This document shows positions 40,213-53,358 of a stretch of DNA of 64,000 nucleotides, one piece after another. The translations under genes and the position numbers were made by a program. Within the stretch, counting starts at the first letter, position 1, and the number at the start of each line of letters is the position of its first letter. Source of the DNA: Euprymna scolopes (lineage: Eukaryota). Where the stretch lies: the NCBI GenBank assembly GCA_053919585.1, contig CM132787.1, one strand, 5' to 3'. A model generated the notes under the pieces. That model was not told the DNA's origin. It made no database searches and saw only the letters and a program-made list of their open reading frames with translations.

Positions 40213-40730
40213 AGCTAAATATGTCTTAGAGATAAACATCTTCCTCTCTGCACCTTAGGCGAATAAAAACTGACATCACAACTTATAGGTAAATAGTCCT
40301 ATTCTATAATTTCTTGCACAGAAATAAGATGCCGGTTGAACTTGTCTACTGTATTGTTATATTCATGATAGGTACTCGACAAAGCTCCAATCTAAGCTCA
40401 TGTGATACATCATTCGCATAAATAACTCGTAACAGTTTAACATCTTGACGTAAATTCCCGACTAATCCAACAGGCAAAAATAAAATAGTTTTTACTCTAT
40501 AGGCCTATAGGTACCTGAAAGCGTTCTATTCTAATATTTTATCCGGAAAATGTTCTGATCAAATACGTAATTCCCTCGAACTGCTGGTCTATGAAATTTC
40601 CTCCATATTTTCTGCTTCCCTTATCATACTTACATGCAGAAGTTTAAGTGTAATGTGAACAATACTCTTGCTGCTTAACTCCCCATATCAAGGAATGCTC
40701 CCTAACAGTAGCCGCTTATGTCAATGAGGT
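40213..40730 (+). mobile_element. Old CR1-A-like 3' fragment, copy 2 of the local direct repeat
   Basis: Collinear with 38440-38950. Confidence 0.6.
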
Positions 40731-41202
40731 GAATACGAGTAAGTAAAAAGCTGCAATATATAATGCTAAACTTCATTATCATATTTCTATTAAAACAATT
40801 TTTTTTTCTACCAACCAATATTTTTTCCAAGAATACCTTCGCGCAATCAAAGAAACAACGCTATAGCCAACCCGACTACAACATAGTTATCTTTAGGTCG
40901 AATGTAAACTGATATTATCCTAATGACAACTGCAAAACCTTTCGAAATATATCAGGAAATAATAATAATGATGATAATGAAACTTAAGATTCAAAAACAA
41001 TGAATTACTATAGAATTGAAGAGGGAAACACGAGCTGCAGTTGTGTGTCATCACTAGTAGTAATCAATCAAATAAATGACATAAAGAATAAGACGATCTA
41101 CGGCCACACTTGCAATGAGAATTAGATTAATCATATGTGCACATCTTACGAAGCATGTCGACTAATCAACGATTAGGGTATATAGTGATGTTAATGATTT
41201 CA

Positions 41203-42462
41203 GTATGGCACTTTTATTGATAGTACAGACATGAGAATCTTGCTCCATTTGAAGTAATTTCTTGCTGCTGCAATGCACTTGTACCGTTCCAACAACTCCT
41301 GCTAGGCCCCATAGAAATCCTTTTATGTGAGTGTGTCAATGGCCATCGTAACAGCCTCGTTTGCCTCTTAAATTGTCTCATAACGACAGTCTCTTTTCCT
41401 TGAGCTTAGTGAATAACAAAAAAGTCACAAGGAGCAAGGACAGGGCAGTAGGGAGCATGAGGATCTGTATCGCTGTCTATCTATGGGAAATAGTCTGTCT
41501 ACCTTTGTCAAATAGTATGTGACAAACGATGGAGTTGTGAACTGCACTTTTGGGACAAACTTCGCCTAAATCTTCTGAATCTTTACTTATTCGTGAATAA
41601 TTGTGTGTAAGGTTCCCACACTACATAAAACTGTGCACTTGTTGTCTATAGACACGCAACGGCTTTTATTCAGGAAATTCTATATTAAGCCAATAATCTC
41701 TGTTCTGACTTTCGTACTCATTCTAGACCTCTCATCAGCTCTCACAAACTCTATACCTTCCTCAAATCTCTTATGCTAATCGAAAACCGATGCTCGATTC
41801 ACGCAAAATAACCCAAAAACAGTCTGAAGCATTCCACACATTGCTGTTTCATTTTTCAAGCTTAATACAGAATTTTATTTCATATCGTTCTTCTAAAATG
41901 TTACCGTGTTTAATATGCCAGCCTTAGGCATAGGTCAACTAGGGAACTGCCTACAGCCTCCGACTGGTGCGGGGGCGTCGCACAGGAATTATAAGAAAAA
42001 AGTCATGGATTAGTGGATTCTTCACAATTCATTGCAGACTGTGCTGCTATCAAAACACGAAAAGGTGATTTTTCTTGATGATTTATGGCATCTACACAAA
42101 TATTTCAGTTATTTATTGATCTAGATATAAATAAAGGCAGTTTTTATTGGATTACATATATTTATTTTTCCGTATTTATTTTTTTATTTCATTTGGGGCC
42201 ACTAAATTCGCTTCGCCTAGGGCCTCCAATTAACTAAGGAACTGTCCAGATTGCATTTTTGAAGTTCACTAGCTGTGACAATGAGGCTTTAGTAAAGGAT
42301 ATTCCAATCCCTCCTGTATATGTTTATTTGAACCTGAAATAAGAAAAATTGTTCAGTCATCTCATTTGATGTAAAGCAAGACTTTACTGAATTTTCAAGA
42401 GTCTACAACAATTGTAAATGCCCGTACAAAAATGTCTGGAAACTTATTGAAGATACCTCGTA
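41203..42462 (-). mobile_element. Internally deleted mariner transposon interrupted by a MITE
   Basis: TIR ...GTCTGGAAACTTATTGAAGATACCTCG-TA at the right end. The minus strand gives VRADERSRMSTKVRT and VGTLHTIIHE..AKFVPK. Confidence 0.8.
41917..42248. mobile_element. hAT-like MITE nested in the mariner
   Basis: GCCAGCCTTAGGCATAGG... and ...GCCTAGGGCCTCC..CTAAGG ends; splits collinear mariner sequence. Confidence 0.5.
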
Positions 42463-43243
42463 GGATTTAGTTGTATATTTATATTATTTACTTAATCTAT
42501 AGATTTGTGATTACTTTGTTTATTAAACCTAAATTTTGCAGGCTTATAAATTAATTTTCTTACATATATAAATAATTTTATTAAATTTATTTCAACATTT
42601 ACTAAAAAAATATTGTTATTTAATTATATTTGAATTAATCATTTATAACATTAATTTATCATTTTAATTTCTATCCATCATTTTTTTATAATTCGTTCAA
42701 GGGCAATAATCTATTTCATAGTTAAAGTTATGTCGTTTATTCAATCCCATTTTTTAGATTGTTGGACTTTAATATTATATAATTATCTAATGTAACTGTT
42801 TTATTTGATTTATATTATGTGTTTATTAAGTTCATTTGTATTTATATTGATTGTATTTTATTAACATTTATGATTTAAAATCTACGATTATCTGAAAGGT
42901 CTATTAGATTTTTCATTTAGAACGTGCCCGTGTTATATCAAAGAGCCTAATTCTGGTTTTATATATCTGGCTTTTTAACATGTGTAGTAATAAAACTTCT
43001 CAAATGCACTTGCGGTGTTAAGCTGCATTTGGCGTTAACTGAGCTCAAAATCGCCCGTTTCTTTCCTTCTTCAGATTTCTTCGATTATGGATTATAGATA
43101 GTCATCGAAAACATCCCGATGGAAAAATAATCAACAAACACTGATAGGCACATGAAGTTAAATTTCCTGTTAAACTTTATAAAAATCAGCCAAGTCATTT
43201 TCGAGTTCATAGGAAACGAATTCACACACACAGGCAAATTTTT

Positions 43244-44904
43244 TTATAACCCCCGTCTCTTGAAAACTAACAACATGCTCTATACTCCAAGTTGGCACTA
43301 AACTCCTACATTGCAGACACCTTTATAGTAGAATATTTAACTTCCAGCCCTTAACCATCACATGCTAACTGCTTAATAGTCATCACTAAACATCCATAAA
43401 TTTCTACCTCTAAGACATGCATTAGAGTTCATTCCTATCCAGTTAGGTACTTAACTGGCAAAGTATGTACTCAGTAGCAAAGCGACCTGCATTAAATAAC
43501 TGTCTCGTCCTAGACAGTTTTGCAACGATTAATACGAAACTGAACCGATACTCCTTGATGTGCAAAATGCCCCATAACTCTTAAGTTAAAGCTGAAATTA
43601 TTATCCTTTAACAATAGACACATACCTTATACCTACAACTTACACTTATTGGCATCTATTGAAAACCTGACCGTATATTAATTTACCTAATTACACATGA
43701 CGCAAAACTTACCTACTGTTTTATCCGTACTGTATTACACTTACATCTTAACCCTCCTAATATCTAAAATATACAGAGATTGGACACAACTCTTCGTTCA
43801 ATTTTTAATACCTACTCATACTTTAACGTTATCCTATACCTAACATATAAATAAAAAAAATAAATGAAAAGCATCAGAAATATTGGATTAGGACTCAGGC
43901 GCGGAGCAAACCCTCTCAGTGCTGACGGACTCAGTAGATCTTCCCAGATCATCCGTCTAAGAGAAGCAAAACTCTGACACTAAACCAAAGGGGGGCGGAG
44001 GCCTCTTCAGTCTTGGATGACAACCTTCCTAGAACTGGTGACTCAAACAAATTACCAGTTTGCCAACCTAAACTGCTTAAGGAGTAGATAGGCTATGTCT
44101 ATCGTCCGGCTTCCATACTCCTTCTTTGCCTATTAGTCCGGCGCAGAGACGCTAGCACAGTGATTCGACAGAAACACACAGTGGTAGATCTTGTTTCTTG
44201 TCTAAGGCAATGAACGCCGTTTCCCCACTCCCGGCACATCCCAGCCCTCAAAACTGGGCAATTGGGAGTGCTTGAGTACCACATATGCCTGTGCAATTAG
44301 ATTGGGTTGGCCTTCTTCTGATGGGTTGAGAGTACCGGATTGACAGTTCCTGGCTGCTGTTTCCGACTGGTAGTACAGGTGTCTTAACTCTTTAGCAACG
44401 CTTAGAGCGGCTGCTCCACCAACAGTTGTATAATATCGGGATGTCTGTAGTGCCATGTCGCGCCTGGAAAGGGACCCTGCATTCATCCCCGGTGGGTTTT
44501 CCTGAGGCCACAATCCTAGTTGAAGAAAGGTCAGCTGATGGTCTACTTGTGTTGCATGTGTGATAATCTGCATACCCCCCTGTTCAGCTTCCCCTTACAT
44601 AAACTGAAACTCTTTAAAAAATATGATGACAGTGCAATCTAAAAATAAGCTTAAACCAGGCTTAGGGTCAAACAAATCCAACTAGCATCCTCCCTTGAGG
44701 CTTGCATTCAGGAACATCCGGTGGCTTAGAACTAATTTAGCTGATGTTGAAGCATTTCTCCTAACAAATGCTCCGGATATTTTAGCACTAAGTGAGGCTA
44801 CCCTACACTCCTACATCCCCTCTAACTACTTAAACATGCCTGGATATCTCCCACTCTGCCGTAAGGGCTCTGACAGACATATGCACGGACTTGGAGTTTA
44901 CATT
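43244..44904 (+). mobile_element. 5' portion of CR1-group family A (leader and start of APE domain), 3'-truncated
   Basis: Reverse complement of about 19430-21292; RLAFRNIRWLRTNLADVEAF...MHGLGVYI, then an abrupt junction. Confidence 0.92.
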
Positions 44905-45670
44905 ATGAGCCAAGTAAAATTAAAACAATGAAACAATAGCATATCTCAACCATAACTTATATTAATGTAAATAAATTCACGAATATTTTTGGAAACAATA
45001 CATTTAGCGGCGTTGAAAACGAAATCCGTGGAACTGGAACTGATAGAATAAAAAAAGAAATAAAAAATTAAAATTATGAAGTAAAATATAATGTATTTTT
45101 CAGGACGATAATTAATTATTGCTTCAATTACAGACGCGTAATGGGTGCTTATATATGAGCGCAGATCAATAAAAATTAAATCCTAAATTAATTACATTTA
45201 TTACCTCCCTTTTATTATTGTTTCGCGTGATTGTAATTTGTTATCTTGTGTGACTTTGAAATCTATCAAATGCAGTATTTTTTTTTTTACTTTATGAATT
45301 AGGTTTTATTTACAAAAGAATAAACTTATGCGATTTGGTTGCATCTTGTACGTAGATCAAATAAGTTACTAATTAGAACTTCATTCGCGTCAAAAGTGTA
45401 ATTACCAGATACAACAAACCGAGTGTTTAACACGACACAATGCAACAGAACATAATTAGCGTATCTGCTGCGGAAGCTATCGAACTAATGATTACTTACA
45501 GGCCTTGTAAAATAGGTTTACTGTTCAATTATGTATAAAATATTATTTCAACAGAGCAGTATGAGCTAGTAGGTATTCGACACCTAAATAACTGTTAAGA
45601 AAATAATGTGTGAATTTTAATAAGGTGTGTAGAAACATAAACATACTCACACGCACGCAGACACGTATGT
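44905..45670 (+). repeat. Unclassified dispersed repeat, copy 2
   Basis: Collinear with 32690-33870. Confidence 0.8.
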
Positions 45671-46346
45671 ATATATATATATATGTATATATATATATGC
45701 ATATAAACATGTATATACACATGAATATACTGAATAAATGCGTATGTTAATTTCATTATGTTGTTTATATTTATGACACCCCTTTACTCACGTACATAGT
45801 CCTCTAAGACCTTTCATCACGTACATAGTCCTCTAAGACCACATATACTGAGATCCAAAAGATACGCACCTTTTCACTAAATTTAATATTTGCTAATTCC
45901 ATTACTAAACAATATTTGTCAGCACCTCTCCGAAAAATTATCGCATATGACCATACCATTAACTCCAAAGCGATTTCTTTACATCCTCCAGATATTTATT
46001 TATTCATGCACTGTCATCTTGGCACTTGTCATATACATGTATGTTATATCCAATTTTAAGTCTCCCTCAAACATTTTAATGATGTTTACTTTTAATAGTA
46101 ATATTACAACCAAATTAAGATTATCTGTGTGTGTTGTGTTGATTTCATTGCTTCAACTCTTATACTATAGAAATACTGTCACCTTTAATACTACGTAACT
46201 CAAACAAATAGAATAGAATTAATAATCCGCCTAAACTTAAACTTTAATTTTAACTTTTTTCTAATTGTAATTGATACTTTTCTATAGTATATTTAAACAC
46301 TTTTAACCATAACTTCGAAATCGTCTACCCTAAACACTGACAAGTA

Positions 46347-46388
<42 letters not shown>

Positions 46389-48545
46389 GATGTGCTGTCG
46401 TTCGTGTCCGAAGACGACTTCCGGTGAATCATCATTCTCCACTTGTCACGGTCGCAACTAAGGGTCTGCCATCTTCCAGTAGGGATCAACCTGTCCTTTA
46501 GATTTCGTTTGACGGTATCACGAAACCTAAGCTTAGGTCTGCCTATGCCTCGTACCCCATCCTCCAGTTGTGAAAACAGTATCTGTTTTGGTAGTCGGGA
46601 GTTCTCCATTCTGTTTACGTGCCCGGCCCATCTCAGGTTTTTCTGGATGAGCAGGTCATACGTGCTTGGGAGATTAGCTTGTGATAGGATTTTCCTGTTG
46701 CTGACAAAGTCATACCATTTGACATTTAAAATCTGCCGGAGGTGTCTCATCATATAGGTGGTGAGCTTCCGAGCTAGCAGTTTGTACACTGGTCAAGTAT
46801 CTGCACCGTATAAGAGTGACGAGAGGGAGATGTCGCGGTACACCAAGCATTTAGTTCTGAAAGTCAGGTCTTTATTTTGCCAAACCTTCTGTTTGAGTTT
46901 TCCATAGGATATGGAGGCGTTAGCCATTCTTGTAGAAATCTCCTCGTCCATTTTGTTGTTGTTCATGACCGTGGTCCCTAGGTATTTGAATTTGCTGACA
47001 CTGTAAAGCTCCTGGTCTAGAATCTTAATAGGCTGGCTTGTTGCTGGTGATCCAGGGGATTGTTGGTACATCATGTCGGTTTTCTTGATGTTAATCCTCA
47101 ATCCGAAGGCCTTGGCTGATCCTGCGAAGCGAGTTATTATGTCCTGAGCATCCTCGTGACTATGCGGTACAAATGTGGTGTCAACAGAAAACATGAGCTC
47201 TCGTATGAGTATCTTTGTTGTTCTATTTGTGGATTTGTATGCATTGACATTGAAAAGGTCTGCTCACGGCCTAGATCGTATAAAAACACCCTTATCATAA
47301 TTTCTAAAGGCATGCCGAAGCGTAACTAACAGGTAGAGTGAGAAGAGGGTTGGAGCGAGGACGCAGCCCTGTCTGACACCATTCTACACGTCTAACAGAT
47401 CGGAGAGCTTGCCCTTGAACTTAGCTATGACTTTCATACCTGAATGAGGGGCTCTGACAAGGCTGGTGAAGTGTGCAGGAAAGCCAAGCTTCAGCAAGAC
47501 TTCACAGAGAGTACTTCGATCCATCGTGTCGAAAGCCTTTGTAAAATCCACAAAGATCATGTACAGCTCCATATTTTGCTCCACACACTTTTCCTGGATG
47601 TGTTTGAGTGAGAAGATCATATCCGCCGTGCCTCTGTTTGCACGGAATCCACATTGTGCCTCAGGTAGCAAGGTTTCAGCGTGCGCTGTAAGCCTCTTCA
47701 GGAGAACACGAGCGAACATTTTCCCAAGGACTGAGAGCAATGATATACCCCTATAGTTACCGCACAGCGCGCGATCTCCCTTTTTGAATATGGTCACTAG
47801 CTGTGCGTCTTTCCAATCTTGAGGGACAATTGCAGTGGTCCAGGCACTCTGTATGATTGTGCAGAGAGTGCTAAGTAGTTTTTGTCCTCCTCGCTTGATG
47901 CTTTCAGGGTATATGCTGTCAGACCCAGCTGATTTGCCATCCTGTAACATCAGCACTGCTTTGCAGATTTCATCTGAGTCAGGGCATCTGTCCATCCAGT
48001 GCTGTGTCGAGAACTGCTCCAGGTTGATTATTGCTCGTTCGTCAATGTCGGGCGTCTCATTTAGCAATGTTTTGAAATGCTCAGTCCATCGTTTTAAAGC
48101 TCCCATTTGTCAGTGAGGAGAGTGGAATTGTCGCTTGCAAGTACTTTATGTGGATGGCTCACATTTGGGCCTCAGACTGCTTTTATACTCCCATAGAAAC
48201 CCTTCATGTCATTGGTGTCAGTCAGAATCTGTAGGTCAGCAGCCTTAGCCATCCACCAACTGTTCTTAAGTTCCCTACATCTGCTCTGGAGCTTGCTGTT
48301 TGCATTACCGTACTTTGTTTTGATGGATCTAGTGTTCTTGAACAACATTGAACTTCTTGCAGCGTTTCTCTGGTTGAGGAGTTGCTTTATTTCTTCGCAG
48401 TTCTCATCAAACCAGTCCTTATGGCGTTTCCCGATCAGCCCGAGGCACTCTTTGGATGTTTCATCAACAGTTTTTTTTTTAAGGATATCCGATCTGAGTT
48501 TACATCTCCGGTTGGTTCAGCAAGTCTCTCATTGAGTAGAAATTC
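46347..48545 (-). mobile_element. 5'-truncated RTE-clade LINE with (GAT)n tail
   Basis: PQDWKDA, NYRGISLLS, LPEAQCGFR, FVDFTKAFD, GVRQGCVLAP and LRWAGHV; (CAT)n at 46347-46388. Confidence 0.94.
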
Positions 48546-48555
48546 CTGGATGCAA

Positions 48556-48780
48556 GAAACCTTCTACTCTAATAGTTTTTTCTCTACATTTCAAAATTTC
48601 CCTCCCGGTTCCTGTTTCCCCGACTGTACGTACATGCAGAAATTCAAGTGTAATGTAAACAGACATCTTGCTGCTCAGCTCTCCACATAGTATCCCTACA
48701 AAGTATGTCCCACATAGTAGCTCCCCACATCAAAGTGGTGCAATGCCTCGTTTGGGGTGAAAATGTAATAAAAATAAAAT
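48556..48780 (+). mobile_element. Short CR1-A 3' end
   Basis: FYSNSFF...MQKFKCNVNRHLAAQ followed by the family A tail. Confidence 0.85.
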
Positions 48781-50751
48781 ATGTATGCATGTGTGCATAT
48801 ACATGTATACGTGGAGAGCTTCAGGTCAATTATATTTACTCATTTCATGCCTTTTTTGTTAACATCTATGTTTTACCCATTATTCTTTGCATTTTGATTT
48901 TTACATTTTACCATAAACACGTTCTTGCCAGAATTATTTCCATTATTAATCAATATAATTATTATTAAACATTATCAAAACCAATTATCATCCACATCTC
49001 AGCGACGAACCTGTTTATCCCCCATTAACTTCTATTTATAATTAACATTACCATAATTAGAGCATATAATTAAATCTGTGCGGGAAGATATATGAATTAT
49101 ATGCTTTTAAAGATTTTATTATTGCTATAAAACTTTCAAAGCTTCGCGTAGTAAATTAGTAGAAAAAGCTATGATGAGAAATGGGAGTGATGGTGGGGAG
49201 AGAAATAGGAATGAGAATAATATGTTTTAAGTATGGTTTCCCCCTTTTAATTCTTCCTTCGTTTTCTTCTTTCCATTCTTCTTTTCTTTCCGTTTTTCTT
49301 TCCTTCTTCACTTCCTTCCGTCTTTTCCTTCTCTTTCATATCTTTTAATTCCTTTACTAATGTATATGTAGTGATGCTATTAATAATGCCGCGTATAAAA
49401 ATTCTAGTCAGATTAAAATCATTTCTTTAACTGAATAACTTCAGTTAAATCTGAAACCATTTTCAGCATTGATATGTTTAATCCACATTCATCTGCTGAT
49501 GATGTAACAATTAAAAATATAGACGATATGAAATATGATTTTTGGAAAATGATATTATAACAAAATAAACGATATGGTCTGTTCACAAATATTTACAACA
49601 ATAACAACAAATGAAAAGGGTCGGTTAAGAAAAGATACAGTTTTCTAGATTTACTACTATCAATATTAGAAAAAAAGATGGCTTGGTAAAACTCAGGTTA
49701 AAAACCAGGACGATAAAGTTGAGGGTTCGAGGGAGGTAGTCAAAATTAAGTACCAGACTTCGAGTTACGATTCATTTATTAATAATTTAATCCAATGACG
49801 ATAAGATTCCTTCTTGCTTTCTTTTAAATATTTGGTCAATGAGAAAATTTATCACTAGTTAAGAAAACAGTTTCTGCAAATTTGACATGGTTTGAGGAGA
49901 TATATTTTCCTTTTTGTCCTTTGGATTCTTTCAGCTGGACTTATCCATGAATCAGAGACCGGGGTTACCTTAACGGGTACAAGCTGATAACTGATCTGTT
50001 TCCCCTCTCCACTTTTATTTATATGGCACCTTAACCTATTCTAGATTATTGCAGAAACCTCTGCGGCCTTCTAGATAATCCTAACATTTCTAATCCTTCT
50101 AAACTATTACTATTCTCTGGCCTTTAAACTATCTCGTGAATTAAAAACTTTTGAGATTTGGTCATTATGACGGCCTAGAATACGTTAGCACACATTTTAA
50201 ACTGTTTTATCGATAGTTTATTATTTTATAGAAATGCTCCCTCGTAACAATACACATTAGTAGGTTTAAGATTTAGCGCGGTCATCACACAGGTATACGG
50301 CTACCATTTTCTAATGTTTCATTACCTCTATCGCAATCTTTAACCCCCTCCATTTCCCCTGCATTCCTCTATCTCAGTACAGACAATGACCCCAACCATA
50401 TTGGGTATTATTTACATACAACCAAATCTTATTTTTCACAAATTATTACCTCCTGATATTAACTCCCTGTGACGGGTAACGTAGTTTCGCATACGCTGTA
50501 TTGCCTGAAGGGGTCTCTACTTACTGGTAACAAGCTGACTGAAACATGCTCATGACTGTGTAAAAACAAATACAGAGTATTATTATACTACCACACACAC
50601 ACACACATTCATATATATATATATATATTATTGGTAAGCAATTCCAATACTACAAGTATACTTATATCACATCTCATATTTTTGCATGGTATGGCCTTAC
50701 ACGTGTTTCTCTTAATTATTAATCAGTTTTTATTAATTACCATTTCTAAAA

Positions 50752-50801
<50 letters not shown>

Positions 50802-51179
50802 CACAACAACTAATCAACGTGTAACACGCACCATACAATCCAGGAAATCATATAAATACAATATAAATATACCATTGATATTGGAATTGTTTACAAACGA
50901 TGTATATGCTCTGAAAGTGCCATGTATTTTTATTCTACATACTTTAAAAACAACTTCACTATAAATATATACATTAAATGTTTATGTCTTATACTATAAA
51001 CCGTATATACAGAGTGCCCAATTAAAAGTAGTTCGGAAAATTTAGTAGAAAGGAGGAACATTATTTTATTGTTTAAATTACCTGTAGTGTTATAAAAGAT
51101 GCTGGAAGTGCTGCCCGTAAACATCTACCTTTTGCATCTTTCAGACAAAGCTACTATATATGTCTATCAGTGTTCTTAG

Positions 51180-51823
51180 AGATATTGTGTACAGAAATTC
51201 CTCCGATAATTATTGAAAATTTATTACGATTTTAAAAATTATTTTTCCCTCTTCGAGATTAAAAAAGAAGGAGTTTTACATTTGAATATGTTACACCGGC
51301 AAGGGAAATGAAAAAAAATCTCAACAAATCCTTTTTCTTAAGAAAAATTTTTTTAAAAACCCAGAATTATTGCATCTGGAATTATAGCCCAGTGGTAGAG
51401 CATTGAACTAAATATCGAATGATCCCTTCTTATTACCCGGGTGTTCGTCTTTATTCTATTTTAATGTTTTCTTATTACTGAGTTCAATTTACGATAAAAG
51501 AAGACGTGCCATTTATAGTAGCTGCAAAGTATTTCTTGGTTTTCATATTAAAAAAAAAATAATCAGAAGTAGCTTTCCAAGGGCATTCATCGTCAAGCAC
51601 AAATATCAGCTGACATGATATTGTAAACAAACACAGACGGCATTTGATAGAAAATATTATCATTATTATGTACGCTTTATATTATCTGCGATTGAGTCCA
51701 CCAGGCAAATTATATAATAACAAACAGACGATTGATTCTATAATAATGCATACGTAATATGCCTAAATTAAAATATCATGTTTAAGCGTATTGTACGACC
51801 GAGCATCGCTGGCCGTCCAGCTA

Positions 51824-51825
<2 letters not shown>
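51180..51825 (+). mobile_element. Non-autonomous Helitron-like element carrying a tRNA relic, copy 1
   Basis: Collinear with 52790-53345 plus 56457-56570; ends with hairpin-like CCGAGCATCGCTGG then GCTAGT. Confidence 0.6.
51378..51449 (+). pseudogene. Decayed tRNA-Cys-like relic
   Basis: GGAATTATAGCCCAGTGGTAGAGCATTGAACTAAATATCGAA...CCGGGTG parallels eukaryotic tRNA-Cys; the anticodon and B box are degenerate. Confidence 0.6.
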
Positions 51826-51887
<62 letters not shown>

Positions 51888-52983
51888 ATATATATGTGTG
51901 TGTGTGTGTTCTATTTTACTTCGTTTCATACATTTACTATTCGAGTATTCGAATTATCTATATCTCATTCTATAAAGGGAACACATAAGAAAATCGCCGA
52001 AAGGTTTATATACATCATAAATAGAAATTGTTTAATGTGTAACACGATTTATTCGATTTATATGTATATATATATTAAGATATTGTCACTGCATGAATGA
52101 AAACACGCATTGCTTCGAAAAGGGTAAATAACAAATCATGTTATAAATCTAATAATCTGAAAGAGAGCCGGTGGCAAGCAAAAACAAATTTGATAAACTT
52201 GTAATACAACCAGATGTATTGAAAGGAAAATTCTAGAAGCTCTGATATAAAATAAGCAACTCTTTATCTATGCATGTATTGATTAAACTTTTTAATGCTT
52301 CCCTTCAAAATCTGCCTATAAAATATTGGATTAAATACACTATATATAATAGGAATACATACATTGTGCTGTACAGTTTGCTATATAAGACGCCTTTGAC
52401 AAGATCTGACATAAACACTCTTTCGCGAAATATATTCTATGCGTTAGTTATAGATGAAGATTTTGTAAATGTATACTAATATTAGATACAAAATGTTCCA
52501 GTGAATTTTCGATGAGAATACGAGCAATTAGCATGTGAGTGTTTGGCAATATTGATATCTTACATTTTATCATTTTTATCCTTATAAACGACATTCTTGA
52601 TTCAATACTGTCGTAAATGCTTATATATGCTGATGGCGCTAAGCTTTACCTCTATCCCTACTATTATATAATAGTCAATGTGTTTATTCCTTCCTCATAG
52701 ATTCCGAAACGGCTGAGCCATTCTTTTGCAAATTTTACACAAAAGTAATGTAAATGCCTGGAACGTGTTCTTACATATGCTTTGTTACGAAAAATTCATC
52801 CGATAAATATCGAAAATCGAAAAAAATCACATTTTAAAAAATGGTCTTTCTCTTTTTATAAAGAACCATTAATAATTTTACAAAGAATTTTTACATGGGA
52901 ATATTTTACGTTACCCAGACACAGGGAAATAATAAAATCTCAACAAATCATGTCTTCTTAAAAAAAAATATTTATTGTCAACT

Positions 52984-53055
52984 GGAGATGTAGATTAATG
53001 CTAGAGCATTCGACTATAGATCGAATAATAACATGTTCAAGCCTGGGTGAACCTC
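52984..53055 (+). pseudogene. Decayed tRNA-Cys-like relic
   Basis: TAGAGCATTCGACTATAGATCGAA...GTTCAAGCCTGGGTG; the anticodon stem TCGA/TCGA is retained. Confidence 0.6.
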
Positions 53056-53358
53056 ACTATTTTATTTTTGTTTTCTTTATTAATAGTTTTAATTTTCAAT
53101 AACTAAAGGGCTACCATTTAAAATCGCCTCAAATCATTTTGTTCGTTTTCATATTTTAAAATTAAACATTAATCAGTAGTGATTTGTTCTAGGGTATTCA
53201 TCGTCAAGCCCAAATATCCGCTGGCCTAATAATTAAAACAAACACAGACGAAATTTGATGAACGCCAGTGCTAGTGTTATGGTTTTTTAAATGTTTTTTT
53301 TTTTTTTTTGCTTTTTTTTTTGCGAATTAGTCTACCGGGCAAATTTGTCCTCGTAATA

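Noticed and set aside
41705-41742. Hammerhead-like CTGATGAG...CGAAA on the minus strand
   Set aside because: No stem II pairing; it is mariner transposase coding sequence (ADERSRMSTKV)
49700-50530. Another very old CR1-like copy
   Set aside because: Only patchy resemblance by eye, and the boundaries cannot be supported
52984-53055. Functional or suppressor tRNA
   Set aside because: The acceptor, D and T stems and the A box are disrupted; it is a relic inside a repeat
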